DNA of 64,000 nucleotides from a virus (lineage: Duplodnaviria > Caudoviricetes): positions 7,694 through 71,693 of the IMG/VR virus record IMGVR_UViG_3300037837_000037; one strand, 5' to 3'. Positions 56,501-64,000 of this stretch are shown piece by piece. The translations under genes and the position numbers were made by a program. The notes beneath the pieces were generated by a model, which saw only the letters and a program-made list of their open reading frames with translations, made no database searches and had not been told where the DNA came from. How positions within the stretch are numbered: position 1 is the first letter of the stretch; each line of letters begins with the position of its first letter.

Positions 56501-58136
56501 TTGGATTATAATTATGCCCCTCAGTACGAGGATCATTCTGATTCCTAGGGTAATACACAGAATAAGGAGCAGAAACCCTTCCAGCACCTACTTTTGCACC
56601 TACTAATTCAGGATCATTCTTACAAGAAGCAGTAACATCACTTAATTTTTTAGTACCTATAGGAATACCACTAGTATCACTATTCAATATGTTCTTAAAC
56701 GTACATATATCACTCTTAGTCTTAGTATCTTCTAAATCAAATACTTCATACGTCTTAGTTACTAAACCAAACGCACCAGTATTAGCTGCCGTAACAGCTC
56801 CATCTGAATACTTTTCACTATTGGAACCAACAGGCATTTCATCTCTCCTATTAGGAAACTGATAATTACCAAAATCATCTATAGGTACAGCAAATGCTTT
56901 TGCAGATACACCGTCATAAGCATTGATCGCAAAACCAAACTTCTCACCACTAGGGTAAGACTTCTTATAAGTGTGATTATGAGCATCTTTATGGCCTTGT
57001 TGACCCATAGCTGTCATAATAGGAAACATCGCTTCATTGTTCCTTTTAGTGAACGTAGGATTAAACTCCCTTTCAGCTAATGAGTAATTCATTAAAACTA
57101 ATCTCTTATCAAAGTAACGAATCGCTTTCGCTCTCTCAATAAACATTAATTGATTAGTAAATTCATCCTCAGGAACAGTTTCTTGAATATTAGAATCTCT
57201 AGGATCAGCAAATGTTTCAACACCTATAGTTGTTCCTGAAATATCTAACCTCCCAACAATCATTGGGTTAGGACTAAAATCTAATTGAGTACCAGCGTTC
57301 CAAGCATATCTTATAACCTCAATAGAATCATACTCCAAAGTATTAGTAACCCTAAATTTAAGCTCTATCCCGAAAGCAGATGCTGAAGATACGTTAGGTT
57401 CAGACCCTCTTGTTTTAGTTCCTGGATATTCAGCACTAGCTAAACCATCAGCTTGAACTACAGGAATTAAAGGAGTGCTAGGACTTAAATTAGTTCTATC
57501 ACCATCAGTATTAACATATCTTATTGCATAACTATATTGACCTACTGGTAATCCACCACCCCCACCTATAGGAACTAACTTAGTAAATACAGGTTTATCT
57601 ACTGGAGTAGAAAGATTAATCTCATACAAAGCTCTATTGAAGTCTGCAAAGTATTTAGCAGTGTTTGTCGGAACAGTGATATTAGCAACCATGTCCCCGA
57701 TATTCAATATCAATGGAACCGTAAAGTTATCAGTAATAAACACTTCACCACCTTCACACTTATCATTAGTGTCTAATTGAAGGTTTTGATCTACCTCAAA
57801 TAATAATCCGTCAGTATAAGCTACAACAGTTCCATTAACCCTTACAGTATCAAGTTCAGCGACATTGGCACTAGTCCAAAACTCTATCACATCATCTTTT
57901 ATTTTAGTAACCCCGATACAAACATATCCAGCACCAAGTCCAGACCTAGGGTAAAGCAATTGCTCTCCTTTTATTTTCTCTAAAGCATCTGTGTTACCAT
58001 CAACAGAATAGTTTCTGGCGTTCCTAGATTTAATATACTCTCCAGTATCTTTTGCACCAAGAAGCTCCTTCTCTTTATCCGAGTTAGCACCTTTGGAAAA
58101 CGTTCTAATATCTTCAGCTCCATGTTCCGTGTTCAT
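53589..58136 (-). CDS. tail muzzle/nozzle (stabilisation) protein
   Basis: 1515 aa, beta-rich; starts with RTFSKGANSD..KELLG..GEYIKSRNAR pattern; Ig-like inserts; follows the ring-like genes. Confidence 0.7.
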   Translation of the reverse strand: MNTEHGAEDIRTFSKGANSDKEKELLGAKDTGEYIKSRNARNYSVDGNTDALEKIKGEQLLYPRSGLGAGYVCIGVTKIKDDVIEFWTSANVAELDTVRVNGTVVAYTDGLLFEVDQNLQLDTNDKCEGGEVFITDNFTVPLILNIGDMVANITVPTNTAKYFADFNRALYEINLSTPVDKPVFTKLVPIGGGGGLPVGQYSYAIRYVNTDGDRTNLSPSTPLIPVVQADGLASAEYPGTKTRGSEPNVSSASAFGIELKFRVTNTLEYDSIEVIRYAWNAGTQLDFSPNPMIVGRLDISGTTIGVETFADPRDSNIQETVPEDEFTNQLMFIERAKAIRYFDKRLVLMNYSLAEREFNPTFTKRNNEAMFPIMTAMGQQGHKDAHNHTYKKSYPSGEKFGFAINAYDGVSAKAFAVPIDDFGNYQFPNRRDEMPVGSNSEKYSDGAVTAANTGAFGLVTKTYEVFDLEDTKTKSDICTFKNILNSDTSGIPIGTKKLSDVTASCKNDPELVGAKVGAGRVSAPYSVYYPRNQNDPRTEGHNYNPTTSVHDGNAGIKYEPDMFGLNYFSKGIALNGVDKNTIPDWVKSFTVVRTERANRVVCQGLGMYSMLPAETTATGFSKLARKDQEKFWFYSPDIDEGVVNQSLIDDIQNFPQNYSLEFVSPLGFASELYSFDEGTGGEDRQCDLMTYARVLKDGPIVGKTINPLETIIGNGGYTAYNKYRNSDPVNGGFFSTPDGGNRLATLTGFEQVIEGRGSYFSMTTQETIYNHPSTGGGNDFQNVGMKDFTEPFYIVNIIQKGANVIDQNIDQYRDTGAYVKMESIIADPSAGLNPSIELIDERWEDCIPALAAGDPTAGEERFIYVRDAAGNDLPWYNYTYESAAQQTVIVNDILTNGFHTLPSAINVYGVYNHNVVSANEIYLLLNVPGFNQIPTGSVLLTKYDENAPIKVFGGDTTVGETIFSPIDRQVDIDKWGFWSSNSFVDGINGNVVNKGFPFNIGFPYLGYAVNPRHYIIRDTKSASFNYVQNDNEASIQFLRQLCVTFTVESKIATHFAYNENYPNEFFPNTHYVMRPNLFDADEFDISVENGYEKNNIHPQYQKDYGDEYLNWNYGGFRFKQNFNLDYSQQSPTDFVSKPDFGFKEENEFCTGVAWSLPRSITQQDSPGLKSFQSLNAVVLEDAQGQINLAYDAQTGKGSNLYAVLERGVCLLLHKKSILSDTTGAEIGLFTGNSFVQGQYWLDRNIGSNDNMWRGAAEGSISIKKTSATGKEDGEQERIEGLIFSNDMSVYRLVNNEIKDIGRDAYYTEIRKALKGVESDQKSRVTAYYDEDYNEFLVQLEYQDPNVTNQVSLIEDSFVYSFNSSAWVSNFDFRFDKYLSIKDKMYGMKDAQTYELNKGTKIDALPINFEVEQVTSVSPQKEKEYIKINVNSDNKPTRVEFKDISSNTLCALDPAIQGQYYLKKYDGYTQQIPRKDLAVSPTQDRLQDRLLIYKIFHNLEEDFVVKNVVITFKAIK

Positions 58137-58137
58137 A

Positions 58138-58950
58138 CTAACTATTTAATCGTGATAAATATTCTTTTAAATCTTCTTTTTTCTTATCCCCCATACTAGT
58201 CACTCTCCTCTTTGCTTTGTACCAACTACCATCATAAGTTTCAGGTTTGTAACCCAATCTAAACGTAGCGTCAGAGTGCATAGCTCTCCATCTATTAGTA
58301 TCTACCGCTGTCTTCACCCTAAGCACAGCTTCAGTACACCAATCAACTAATACTTCTTGAAAGAACTCAGGAATAGTATTCTTCTCAGCATCTACCTCCC
58401 AAACCCCATTAAACTTAATTAAAAGTTTAGAATATGGACCAGTATTTTCACTAAGAGTTATTTGACCGTTATTTTCACCGTAATAATATAAAGTACTAGG
58501 TAAGCTTGTGCCTGGAGTATTCACCCCTGAACCAAACCTATTCTCAGGTGTTGAAGGGATATTACCACTGTAAAAAGGGTCTTGACCATTATTGCCATTG
58601 TTACCTTTGTTTCTAGCAGCATAGCCACTACCACCTCCAGTAAACATGTTTCTCTTCCAATAAACATTAGCTGTGTTTGAACCTATATTACAGTTGTCAC
58701 CATTATATAAATACATCTCTTTAATATTGAATACTCCCGCAGGAATATCAATCGTCTTATTCGCAGGTATTAAGAATGATTTATGACTCTCGTTAAAAAA
58801 AGTATCATAAGATAAAGCTCTCATGCACTTATTCATTTGAGATATAATAAAACCTCTAGTCACATTCTTATAACCCATCTCCTGAGTGTATATCAACACT
58901 TCAGATAAAACATCTTTTGGACTTAATAAATCTTTCGGTGAAAACTCCAT
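58138..58950 (-). CDS. tail ring/adaptor-like protein
   Basis: 270 aa, helical ends with a beta middle; IPEFFQEVLVDW motif shared loosely with neighbours. Confidence 0.6.
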   Translation of the reverse strand: MEFSPKDLLSPKDVLSEVLIYTQEMGYKNVTRGFIISQMNKCMRALSYDTFFNESHKSFLIPANKTIDIPAGVFNIKEMYLYNGDNCNIGSNTANVYWKRNMFTGGGSGYAARNKGNNGNNGQDPFYSGNIPSTPENRFGSGVNTPGTSLPSTLYYYGENNGQITLSENTGPYSKLLIKFNGVWEVDAEKNTIPEFFQEVLVDWCTEAVLRVKTAVDTNRWRAMHSDATFRLGYKPETYDGSWYKAKRRVTSMGDKKKEDLKEYLSRLNS

Positions 58951-59705
58951 TATTGTTGAACTTGTTGTTGTTGATTAATCGGATCATTAACACTTACCAG
59001 CTTTTGCTCACTTACAGAACTTACATCAGTAGTGTCCTCCCCGTCATTTTTCCTATCCTCAGGAATCTTTAATGCAAATCTACCCAAGTCTAATACTTGC
59101 CTCTTTAAAATTAACAATAATTCTTCAGGAAACTCAAACTCAGCATCTAAATCTATTACCGTTAAAGGATCAAAAGTAGAATATATTCCAATCTCAACAG
59201 TTAAAACATCTACACATTCAATCCCTAAAAAGTAAATATACTTACCTTGTCTGTAAAAATAAGGATTCTTAGGAGAAGGACGCTCATACTTGTCCATATA
59301 CAGCCTTTCTGTAAAAATAGGTCTAGTACGTTGAAAAGTCCTATTAGTAAACTCAGGAGGATCTATACAGTCTATACTGACAGCATCCTGATCCCAATAA
59401 GATATGTATTCTATACCTCCATCTTTATCGTAGTCATATATAGCTTCTGGTAATAAAATCCTTTTTCTACCAGCAATATCATTAGGGTTGTTCCCCGTTG
59501 CTGCGATTTGAACAGGAATATTAGCAAAAGCATGTACGTAAGCACCAGAGTTAATCTTTCCAATATGCTGTGACTTCAACCTATTACCTACCAACAAAAC
59601 CCAATAAGCTATTTGAGATCGCTCAATAACCCTATCATCAAAGACTTGTTTTAAATCTTTCGCAATATCATCTACTACGTATCGTAATTTAGTGTGTGAA
59701 ACCAT
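58950..59705 (-). CDS. tail ring/adaptor-like protein
   Basis: 251 aa; FEFPEELLLIL; TAATG-coupled. Confidence 0.6.
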   Translation of the reverse strand: MVSHTKLRYVVDDIAKDLKQVFDDRVIERSQIAYWVLLVGNRLKSQHIGKINSGAYVHAFANIPVQIAATGNNPNDIAGRKRILLPEAIYDYDKDGGIEYISYWDQDAVSIDCIDPPEFTNRTFQRTRPIFTERLYMDKYERPSPKNPYFYRQGKYIYFLGIECVDVLTVEIGIYSTFDPLTVIDLDAEFEFPEELLLILKRQVLDLGRFALKIPEDRKNDGEDTTDVSSVSEQKLVSVNDPINQQQQVQQ

Positions 59706-60460
59706 TAGCTTATTGTTTTAATCAATCTAGCAACATCCATCTCCGTAATAGTGAATAATGTCGTTTGATCTCCTTGTTTAATTGATATGAAATTTAAAGC
59801 TTTCTGAACAAACAATGTCGTCATTGAAGAAGGAAACTCTATATCGTCAGTAATAACATTTATATTACTAGGATTTTTCAAATAAGTCATAGCAACAAAC
59901 TGACCCGAAACATCAGGCCTTATCTCAATCTCTTTATCTTGCAAATAGCTACCAGAAGAATAATCAGCCTCAGTTAAGTAAGCATAAGTTTTTAAGTCGC
60001 CCGTCAAAACAGTATTTCCTGGTTCAAAAATATTTTCAGCAGCTTCGTTCCATTTCTCTACAGTAAGCTTGTTAGCACTATACTTAGAACTAACATAACT
60101 AATGTTAGGTTGAAATACCGAAGTGTAATCATTAGGAAGCGCAGGAGGTATACTACCTACTGGATAAACAGAAGGTTCAGGCATAACTGCCAAATAACTC
60201 CAAAGCTCATCGTTAGTAGCTACATTATCAAACTTAATTCTTGAGAAATTATTAGCTACCCAAACTCTAGTTCTTACTAAATCTCTAAGGTTTTCTCCAC
60301 TGAATTTATTTTCTTCAAAAGCTCTATTGAAAACAAAAGCCAACCATTTAATCGCTGAATTAATGGCTGGCTTAAAGTCTAAATCAAATAGATACCTATC
60401 AGAACCTTCAGAATCCAACTCAAATTTCATTAAGTCAACTACTTCCTGTACTGGGATCAT
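59705..60460 (-). CDS. tail ring/adaptor-like protein
   Basis: 251 aa; IEFPSSMTTLFVQKAL; TAATG-coupled. Confidence 0.6.
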   Translation of the reverse strand: MIPVQEVVDLMKFELDSEGSDRYLFDLDFKPAINSAIKWLAFVFNRAFEENKFSGENLRDLVRTRVWVANNFSRIKFDNVATNDELWSYLAVMPEPSVYPVGSIPPALPNDYTSVFQPNISYVSSKYSANKLTVEKWNEAAENIFEPGNTVLTGDLKTYAYLTEADYSSGSYLQDKEIEIRPDVSGQFVAMTYLKNPSNINVITDDIEFPSSMTTLFVQKALNFISIKQGDQTTLFTITEMDVARLIKTIS

Positions 60461-60475
60461 TTTTATGTTGTTTTA

Positions 60476-61297
60476 TTAATTAACCAAACTCGCTGCTCCT
60501 TTTACCAGTTGTCCTTCTATCGCTGCATTTCTTGAGTTCAATAAAGATTTTTGCTCCTGCACCTTCTTCTCTCCCTCAGCTCTTTCCGTAGCATATAACA
60601 ATCTCATATTAGCTAAATCTGTTGATTGAGATATTCCCAATGCTTTACACTCTGTAATTAGAGTTCCAGTTGTCATAGACTTAGCTGCCGTCAAGTTTCT
60701 ACTAATCGCTTCAGCTAATTTAGCATGAGCAGAAGTAGCTATCTTTATATCATCAAATATCTTCCATCCGTAAAAAGAAGAAGCTCTTAACCATTCCACT
60801 TCTTTTTTACTGTGAGAAACATATCTAGAAACTGTATTCGTAGTAGTATCTCTACCAGTACCAGTTTTAGTTGTCTTAAAAACAGTAAACATTAACACAT
60901 TCCTAAAAGGAGTTGCTACATATCTACCGTCTTTCTTATCATCAACAATCAAGTAACCACCTGAATGACAATAAAAAGACACACCCTCCTCTAATCTATC
61001 TTCAGGATCCATGTCATCCTGAGCAATGTAATTTTGACCAGTATCACCGTACTTGTCTTGATCACTTTTCTTATTGATAGCATTGATTACCTGAGTAATC
61101 GCATCTGCACTATCTAACGAACCATTGGAAGCTCCTGTTGGTTGCGTTTTTAATTTTATCAAATCACTAAGTTGCGATTGCAGTTTAGCAATTTCTTTTT
61201 GCTGTTCTTCGTATTGAGTATTACTAATACCAGTGTCAACTACTGTCTTCTTTTCTTCAGGAGTATTTGTACCCCCTGCCGTTTCTTCTAAAGCCAT
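60476..61297 (-). CDS. conserved protein downstream of the capsid gene
   Basis: 273 aa, coiled-coil N-terminus. Confidence 0.6.
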   Translation of the reverse strand: MALEETAGGTNTPEEKKTVVDTGISNTQYEEQQKEIAKLQSQLSDLIKLKTQPTGASNGSLDSADAITQVINAINKKSDQDKYGDTGQNYIAQDDMDPEDRLEEGVSFYCHSGGYLIVDDKKDGRYVATPFRNVLMFTVFKTTKTGTGRDTTTNTVSRYVSHSKKEVEWLRASSFYGWKIFDDIKIATSAHAKLAEAISRNLTAAKSMTTGTLITECKALGISQSTDLANMRLLYATERAEGEKKVQEQKSLLNSRNAAIEGQLVKGAASLVN

Positions 61298-61316
61298 CTT
61301 TTCTGTTTATTTAATT

Positions 61317-61351
61317 AAAAAATGTGTAGTACCCCGAAGGATACTACACAT
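61317..61351 (-). terminator. intrinsic terminator after the major capsid gene
   Basis: minus strand AUGUGUAGUAUCC-UUCG-GGGUACUACACAU followed by a U-tract. Confidence 0.85.
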
Positions 61352-61364
61352 GTTTGTTTAGTTA

Positions 61365-62645
61365 TTATTGAACATCAATTGAAAAACATCCAAGAGGATT
61401 GTTGAACTCCAATGAGAATTGCGCTCCGCAATACCAATCTTGGTAGTTCTCTCTTGTTCCGTTGTTTCTTCTGTCTAATGTAGCTCCCATCTCGTAAGTT
61501 GGTAAACCTTTCATTTTAACAGGACGGATAGTCTCAACATCTAAGAACAACAATTTGTTTTTCCAAGAATCAGGGAATACAGAGTTTTCTCTGAAAAGCT
61601 CACAAGGAACTAATACCCAGTTTTGAGTACCTAACTCAATTCTCTTCAACTTCAAGTTAGCCGTTTCGTTGTTAGGCTCATACCTAAGTCCTGGCTGCTT
61701 GTAAATTTTAGAGAACTCATACAACATCTCGTCAGATCCGTAAATGAATCTAGTTCCACCTTCTGCTTTGAAGTTAGTAGCAAATGCTAATTTTTCAAAA
61801 GCTGATTGCAAACCTGCTAATGTTGGATTAGCACTAAGAGAACCTGCTTCTTGCATAGAAGGGAAAATACCTCCCATTGACTTAGCAATGATACCGTTAG
61901 CAATTTGGTATTCACCTCTATGACCGTTGAAGTAAGATGCGAACAAATCAACTCTAAGTTGCTTCATTTTTTGCTTCTTATCTACATCAATATAGTTAGT
62001 AGTACCTTGGTTGATGAATTTTTGTAATTCAATCTTCGCCCATCTCTTAGCTCTCATGAAGAACTGTACATAGTTGTAACGAGTGATTGTTTCAGTTCTT
62101 TGGTAAACAGAGAACGTATCCATACCGTCACCTTCAATTGTAGATCTGATAGCTAAAGTTTCACCTACTGCTACAGCAGATAATCCAGCATTAGTTCTAG
62201 AACCAATTGTTAAAACCAAACCAGCAATGCTTTGAATAACACCTTCTGTTCCATCAGGGTAAGTTACTAACAAATCTGGAGATACGTACTCAGCAGAAGC
62301 AGCATCAATTGTAACAGCTTGTGTTACTTGAGTACCAGGTACAGCAGGAACAACAGCAGTAATAGCATCAATTGTCAATGCGTTTCTTCCGAATCCTGTT
62401 TCCAAGTATTCAAATTCATCAGACCCCTTTTCAAGTGGAGCTTGAGAAAAAGCAAGTTTCAAAGCATCAAATTGCTTCGGAGCTGCATCAAAGATTGCCT
62501 CTTTAATCGCTTTCTCAATTAAGTTAGATTCTACTACCGTACCGATTGAATCAGCTTGGTAATTTGACCCCTCAGGGTTTGTGTTTCTCAATCCAAAAGG
62601 TGCATTCTGCGCTCCTGGAGTGTAGAGTTTTTGACTATTAGCCAT
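61365..62645 (-). CDS. major capsid protein (HK97 fold, crAss-related type)
   Basis: 426 aa, high-expression codon bias, RYNYVQFF, beta insertion after EYLE, IAKSMGGI, strong terminator downstream. Confidence 0.85.
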   Translation of the reverse strand: MANSQKLYTPGAQNAPFGLRNTNPEGSNYQADSIGTVVESNLIEKAIKEAIFDAAPKQFDALKLAFSQAPLEKGSDEFEYLETGFGRNALTIDAITAVVPAVPGTQVTQAVTIDAASAEYVSPDLLVTYPDGTEGVIQSIAGLVLTIGSRTNAGLSAVAVGETLAIRSTIEGDGMDTFSVYQRTETITRYNYVQFFMRAKRWAKIELQKFINQGTTNYIDVDKKQKMKQLRVDLFASYFNGHRGEYQIANGIIAKSMGGIFPSMQEAGSLSANPTLAGLQSAFEKLAFATNFKAEGGTRFIYGSDEMLYEFSKIYKQPGLRYEPNNETANLKLKRIELGTQNWVLVPCELFRENSVFPDSWKNKLLFLDVETIRPVKMKGLPTYEMGATLDRRNNGTRENYQDWYCGAQFSLEFNNPLGCFSIDVQ

Positions 62646-62672
62646 AATTTAAAAAATTTTAAATAAAAATAA

Positions 62673-63938
62673 TTAATACCTAGAAGGTGTGTTGATCCCG
62701 CCAATTACGTTCTCAATAAAGTCCCTCGCCTTTTCACCAATTTCATTTTGTCTCATTTCTCTTCCTCCTTGCTCAGGAGCCGTTCGTTGACCTCTTGTCA
62801 AAACGTCCATGTTCGCTTCCGTTTTAGCTTGATTGTAGGCAATAGTCTGCAACTGGGAAACTAAATTTTTTCCATCGTCAGATGCCCTTACGTATCTTGC
62901 TGCCGCATCAGGTAATAATTGACCCTTATCGTCAAAGAACAAAGATTTAATACCGTCATTCAATAATTTATCCTCTACAGACTTCACATAAGTTGGTGTA
63001 GCATCTGGAAAGAACTCTTTAACACTATTTAAAGATTTCCCTACAGACTCCTTGAACAACTCCTCTTGTGCAGTCTTTTCAGACAAATATCTATCAACCT
63101 TATTAACGTGTCCAGCTTTAGCCTCCTTAAACTTAGCTACAGCGTTTTCATACACTGTATCTACAAACCTTGACGTATTAGGGTCAAAATCATCGCTTTC
63201 ACTATCAGCAGCTTCAAAATCTTCATCTGAAACCTTGTCTGGATAATAAGCTTTGATTAATGCTTTCTTATCAATATCTTCTACCTTACTGTCATAATTA
63301 ACATTAGGTCTTGAAGAAATGTATTCTCTAAAATCTTCACCCTGCTCATTAAGCCTAATAGCTTCAATTAAGTCAGGATGCAAACTTTGTAATCCGTTCA
63401 TCAAATTGTCATTAGCAGTTTTAATTTCTAACAACTCTTGATTTTGAGTAGTCATAGATTCATAAGAATCCATCAACCCATTAAAATCTTTTACATCAGG
63501 ATGCTTCTCAGCAATAAAGCTATTCACACCTTCAATCCCTTCAATACTTGATAATACATCAGAGTCCGCTGAAGGAGCTACTGGCATATTAAATAAAGGA
63601 CTATCTATAATACTCTCTCCAGTAGGTTCAGCAGGTGCTTCGGCTGCTGGAGGTTGATTTCCTAAATCCTGTTCCTGTGCATCTGACAAAACTTCCGTAG
63701 AGTCTTGCTGCTGTGCTGGAGGATTATCATTGGAATTTAATTCATTATTCAACAACGAAGGTTCCACTTGAGTATTATCCTCTACAATTGGAGCTTGCTC
63801 CTGTGATGAATACGCACTCTGTAAATCACCTAAAGCTTCGCTAGGGCCGTCATTGACACCCTGTAACGCAAACAATGTTTGTTGCTGTTCGTGACTCATT
63901 TGTTCTTGCTGTTCTTGTACTTGCTGCTCTTCTGTCAT
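62673..63938 (-). CDS. scaffolding-like acidic protein
   Basis: 421 aa, very acidic Q/E/P-rich N-terminus, directly upstream of the capsid gene. Confidence 0.6.
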   Translation of the reverse strand: MTEEQQVQEQQEQMSHEQQQTLFALQGVNDGPSEALGDLQSAYSSQEQAPIVEDNTQVEPSLLNNELNSNDNPPAQQQDSTEVLSDAQEQDLGNQPPAAEAPAEPTGESIIDSPLFNMPVAPSADSDVLSSIEGIEGVNSFIAEKHPDVKDFNGLMDSYESMTTQNQELLEIKTANDNLMNGLQSLHPDLIEAIRLNEQGEDFREYISSRPNVNYDSKVEDIDKKALIKAYYPDKVSDEDFEAADSESDDFDPNTSRFVDTVYENAVAKFKEAKAGHVNKVDRYLSEKTAQEELFKESVGKSLNSVKEFFPDATPTYVKSVEDKLLNDGIKSLFFDDKGQLLPDAAARYVRASDDGKNLVSQLQTIAYNQAKTEANMDVLTRGQRTAPEQGGREMRQNEIGEKARDFIENVIGGINTPSRY

Positions 63939-63961
63939 GACCTTTTCTCTTTTATATATTC

Positions 63962-63991
63962 CAAATATAGTTATAAATAATGTTAAAATAA
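63962..63991 (-). promoter_or_regulatory. Bacteroidota-type promoter for the head genes
   Basis: TTA-N19-TATATTTG (63969-63962). Confidence 0.6.
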
Positions 63992-64000
63992 AACATTATT

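Noticed and set aside
1-64000. Stop-codon reassignment as in some crAss-like phages
   Set aside because: Genes, including the 8.4-kb one, are intact and tightly packed under code 11, and TAG/TGA act as real stops.
1-64000. tRNA, tmRNA, integrase or IS elements
   Set aside because: No cloverleaf with a T-loop and acceptor stem was seen in the intergenic gaps, and no recombinase or transposase motifs were seen. This was checked by eye only; tRNAscan-SE/ARAGORN would confirm.

Overview
A 64-kb part of an AT-rich, apparently lytic tailed dsDNA phage. The host is very likely in Bacteroidota (Flavobacteria-like): there are TTG-N19-TAnnTTTG promoters, A/C-rich leaders without Shine-Dalgarno, and typical gene families. 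Four blocks are visible. (1) About 0.7-8.1 kb, minus strand: dUTPase, HNH-AP2 endonuclease, metallophosphoesterase, a T5orf172/GIY-YIG-like protein and small genes. (2) About 8.1-9.5 kb: a non-coding divergence region with inverted arrays of a 9-bp repeat and palindromes, probably the genome terminus/pac site or origin. (3) About 9.5-29.8 kb, plus strand: early host-takeover genes, then recombination/replication genes (PD-(D/E)XK nuclease, SMC-like ATPase, SNF2 helicase, DEDDh exonuclease, sliding clamp, primase-like protein, SSB). (4) About 29.9-64 kb, minus strand: lysis cassette, fibre/hub proteins, three cargo (ejection) proteins, a muzzle-like protein, three ring-like proteins, major capsid and a scaffold-like protein, in a crAss-like podovirus order. 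No terminase, portal, DNA polymerase, integrase, tRNA or CRISPR array was recognised. Best leads: a kissing-loop/loop-E attenuator leader before the HNH gene, a ~190-300 nt structured intergenic RNA, a 68-aa free-standing fragment resembling the terminase ATPase N-terminus, and the inverted repeat architecture at 8.2-9.0 kb. All product names come from motif recognition by eye, not database searches.
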